From: Octopus bimaculoides
Lineage: Eukaryota
DNA length: 33,021 nt
Reading direction: 5' to 3'
Assembly (NCBI RefSeq): GCF_001194135.2
Contig: NC_068985.1
Location: 104,128,560-104,161,580 of the forward strand
A program made the position numbers and the translations under genes. Shown piece by piece: positions 31,976-33,021 of the stretch (its first letter is position 1; each line of letters opens with the position of its first letter). Under the pieces are notes generated by a model. The model searched no databases, was not told the origin of the DNA, and was given only the letters and a program-made list of their open reading frames with translations.

Positions 31976-33021
31976 TGTGTATTTTATACAACTTTATCAT
32001 TATTCTTTAATTTCAAATTCAAAATTCTAACCTCACCAAATATTATGAAGATATGGTTATCTCCCGTGTAATAACTGCCCAGAAAGGAACAATGCGAGTA
32101 CAATAGAATAATGCTCTTCATAATTGTCACATGTCATGACACCGCTAACAACTCATATTGTACACAATCGCCGCCCGACAATACAAACATGACCTATCCT
32201 TCAGGATCAACAATACCTTTTAATTGTAAAATATATATTTGTTAATGTTGATTTGTCAGAGGCCCTGCTTGTCCTCTAGGAAGCGTTTGTTCTGGTCGCC
32301 TTGATTGCTGCTCAAAACTATAGTTGCCATACAGTGCCAAACTCAGTACTGAACTAGAAGCAATCAATCAAATAAATAAATCAAATAAATGAATAAATAG
32401 ATAAATGAATAAGTATATGAATTCAAAAATAAAAACACAAAACGATTGACTGCCAACATGAAATATAACTGCAAGCTTTGAAACTTGAAGCTCTGTTCCG
32501 TCGAATGAAAACGGGAAAGATATATCATGACATATCTGGAATGTTCACCAGGAACTGGTACCCGACATTGCATTCAAAAATACACAAATGCTCGAACAGA
32601 ATGTTATTGGATAGTCAGTCCTCTAATTCCTTCATATCTGAGAAAAAAATGTGCTGATATACTACAGCGGAATATACATAGATTTATACATGTGCGACAA
32701 CACGCTAGCTTTAGGATAGCATGTTGGCGCTAATGAGTGCGTGTGCATATGTGTGTGTGCGCACAAACCCGGGTGTATGTGTGTGCATGTGTATGTGTGT
32801 GTGTGTGTGTATTTGTATATGTGTATATGCGCGCGCGCGTGTTTAAGTACATGCATGTATATATATTTATATATATATATATATATATATATGGTAAAAA
32901 TTTTTATTTTTCATTTCGCTCCTTTTGAAATTTTATCCCTAATTTTGTGGTTCTGGAACCTAGCAGTTCTTTCTAGCGTAAGGAATCCCATGAGTGGATT
33001 CCTCTTATGTATATATATATA

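Noticed and set aside
32474-32657. ~60-codon open stretch LQALKLEALFRRMKTGKIYHDISGMF...
   Set aside because: No recognisable domain and no convincing splice-site pair
483-32928. Many ORFs of YVCM, HTHT, LSLS, IYLS, poly-N, poly-Y or poly-His/Asp type
   Set aside because: Translations of microsatellites; no coding evidence

Overview
AT-rich eukaryotic draft-assembly sequence, with about 4 kb of N gaps and dense microsatellites. The SINE families look like those of an octopus or other coleoid cephalopod; this is recognition from memory, not a database result. No complete protein-coding gene, rRNA, true tRNA or CRISPR array is supported. The window is mostly transposon debris: a full-length decayed Tc1 (DD34E) with IR/DR-type TIRs, an internally deleted DD34D mariner, a 227-bp mariner derivative with perfect TIRs, a 130-bp fold-back MITE, a gap-truncated Tc1 end, two RTE LINE remnants, a Penelope-like RT remnant and about 25 SINE copies from several tRNA-derived families. 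The best leads are: (i) one well-formed and two degenerate minimal type-I hammerhead ribozyme motifs of the Penelope-associated kind; (ii) a CpG-rich island with a 48-aa signal-peptide ORF carrying FIGLM between two KR sites, overlapping a 133-codon frame that is one base out of register; (iii) an RFX X-box beside an apparent minus-strand 5' exon-intron-exon structure; (iv) several isolated candidate exons, suggesting the window lies in large introns. All gene-related calls are hypotheses made by eye.
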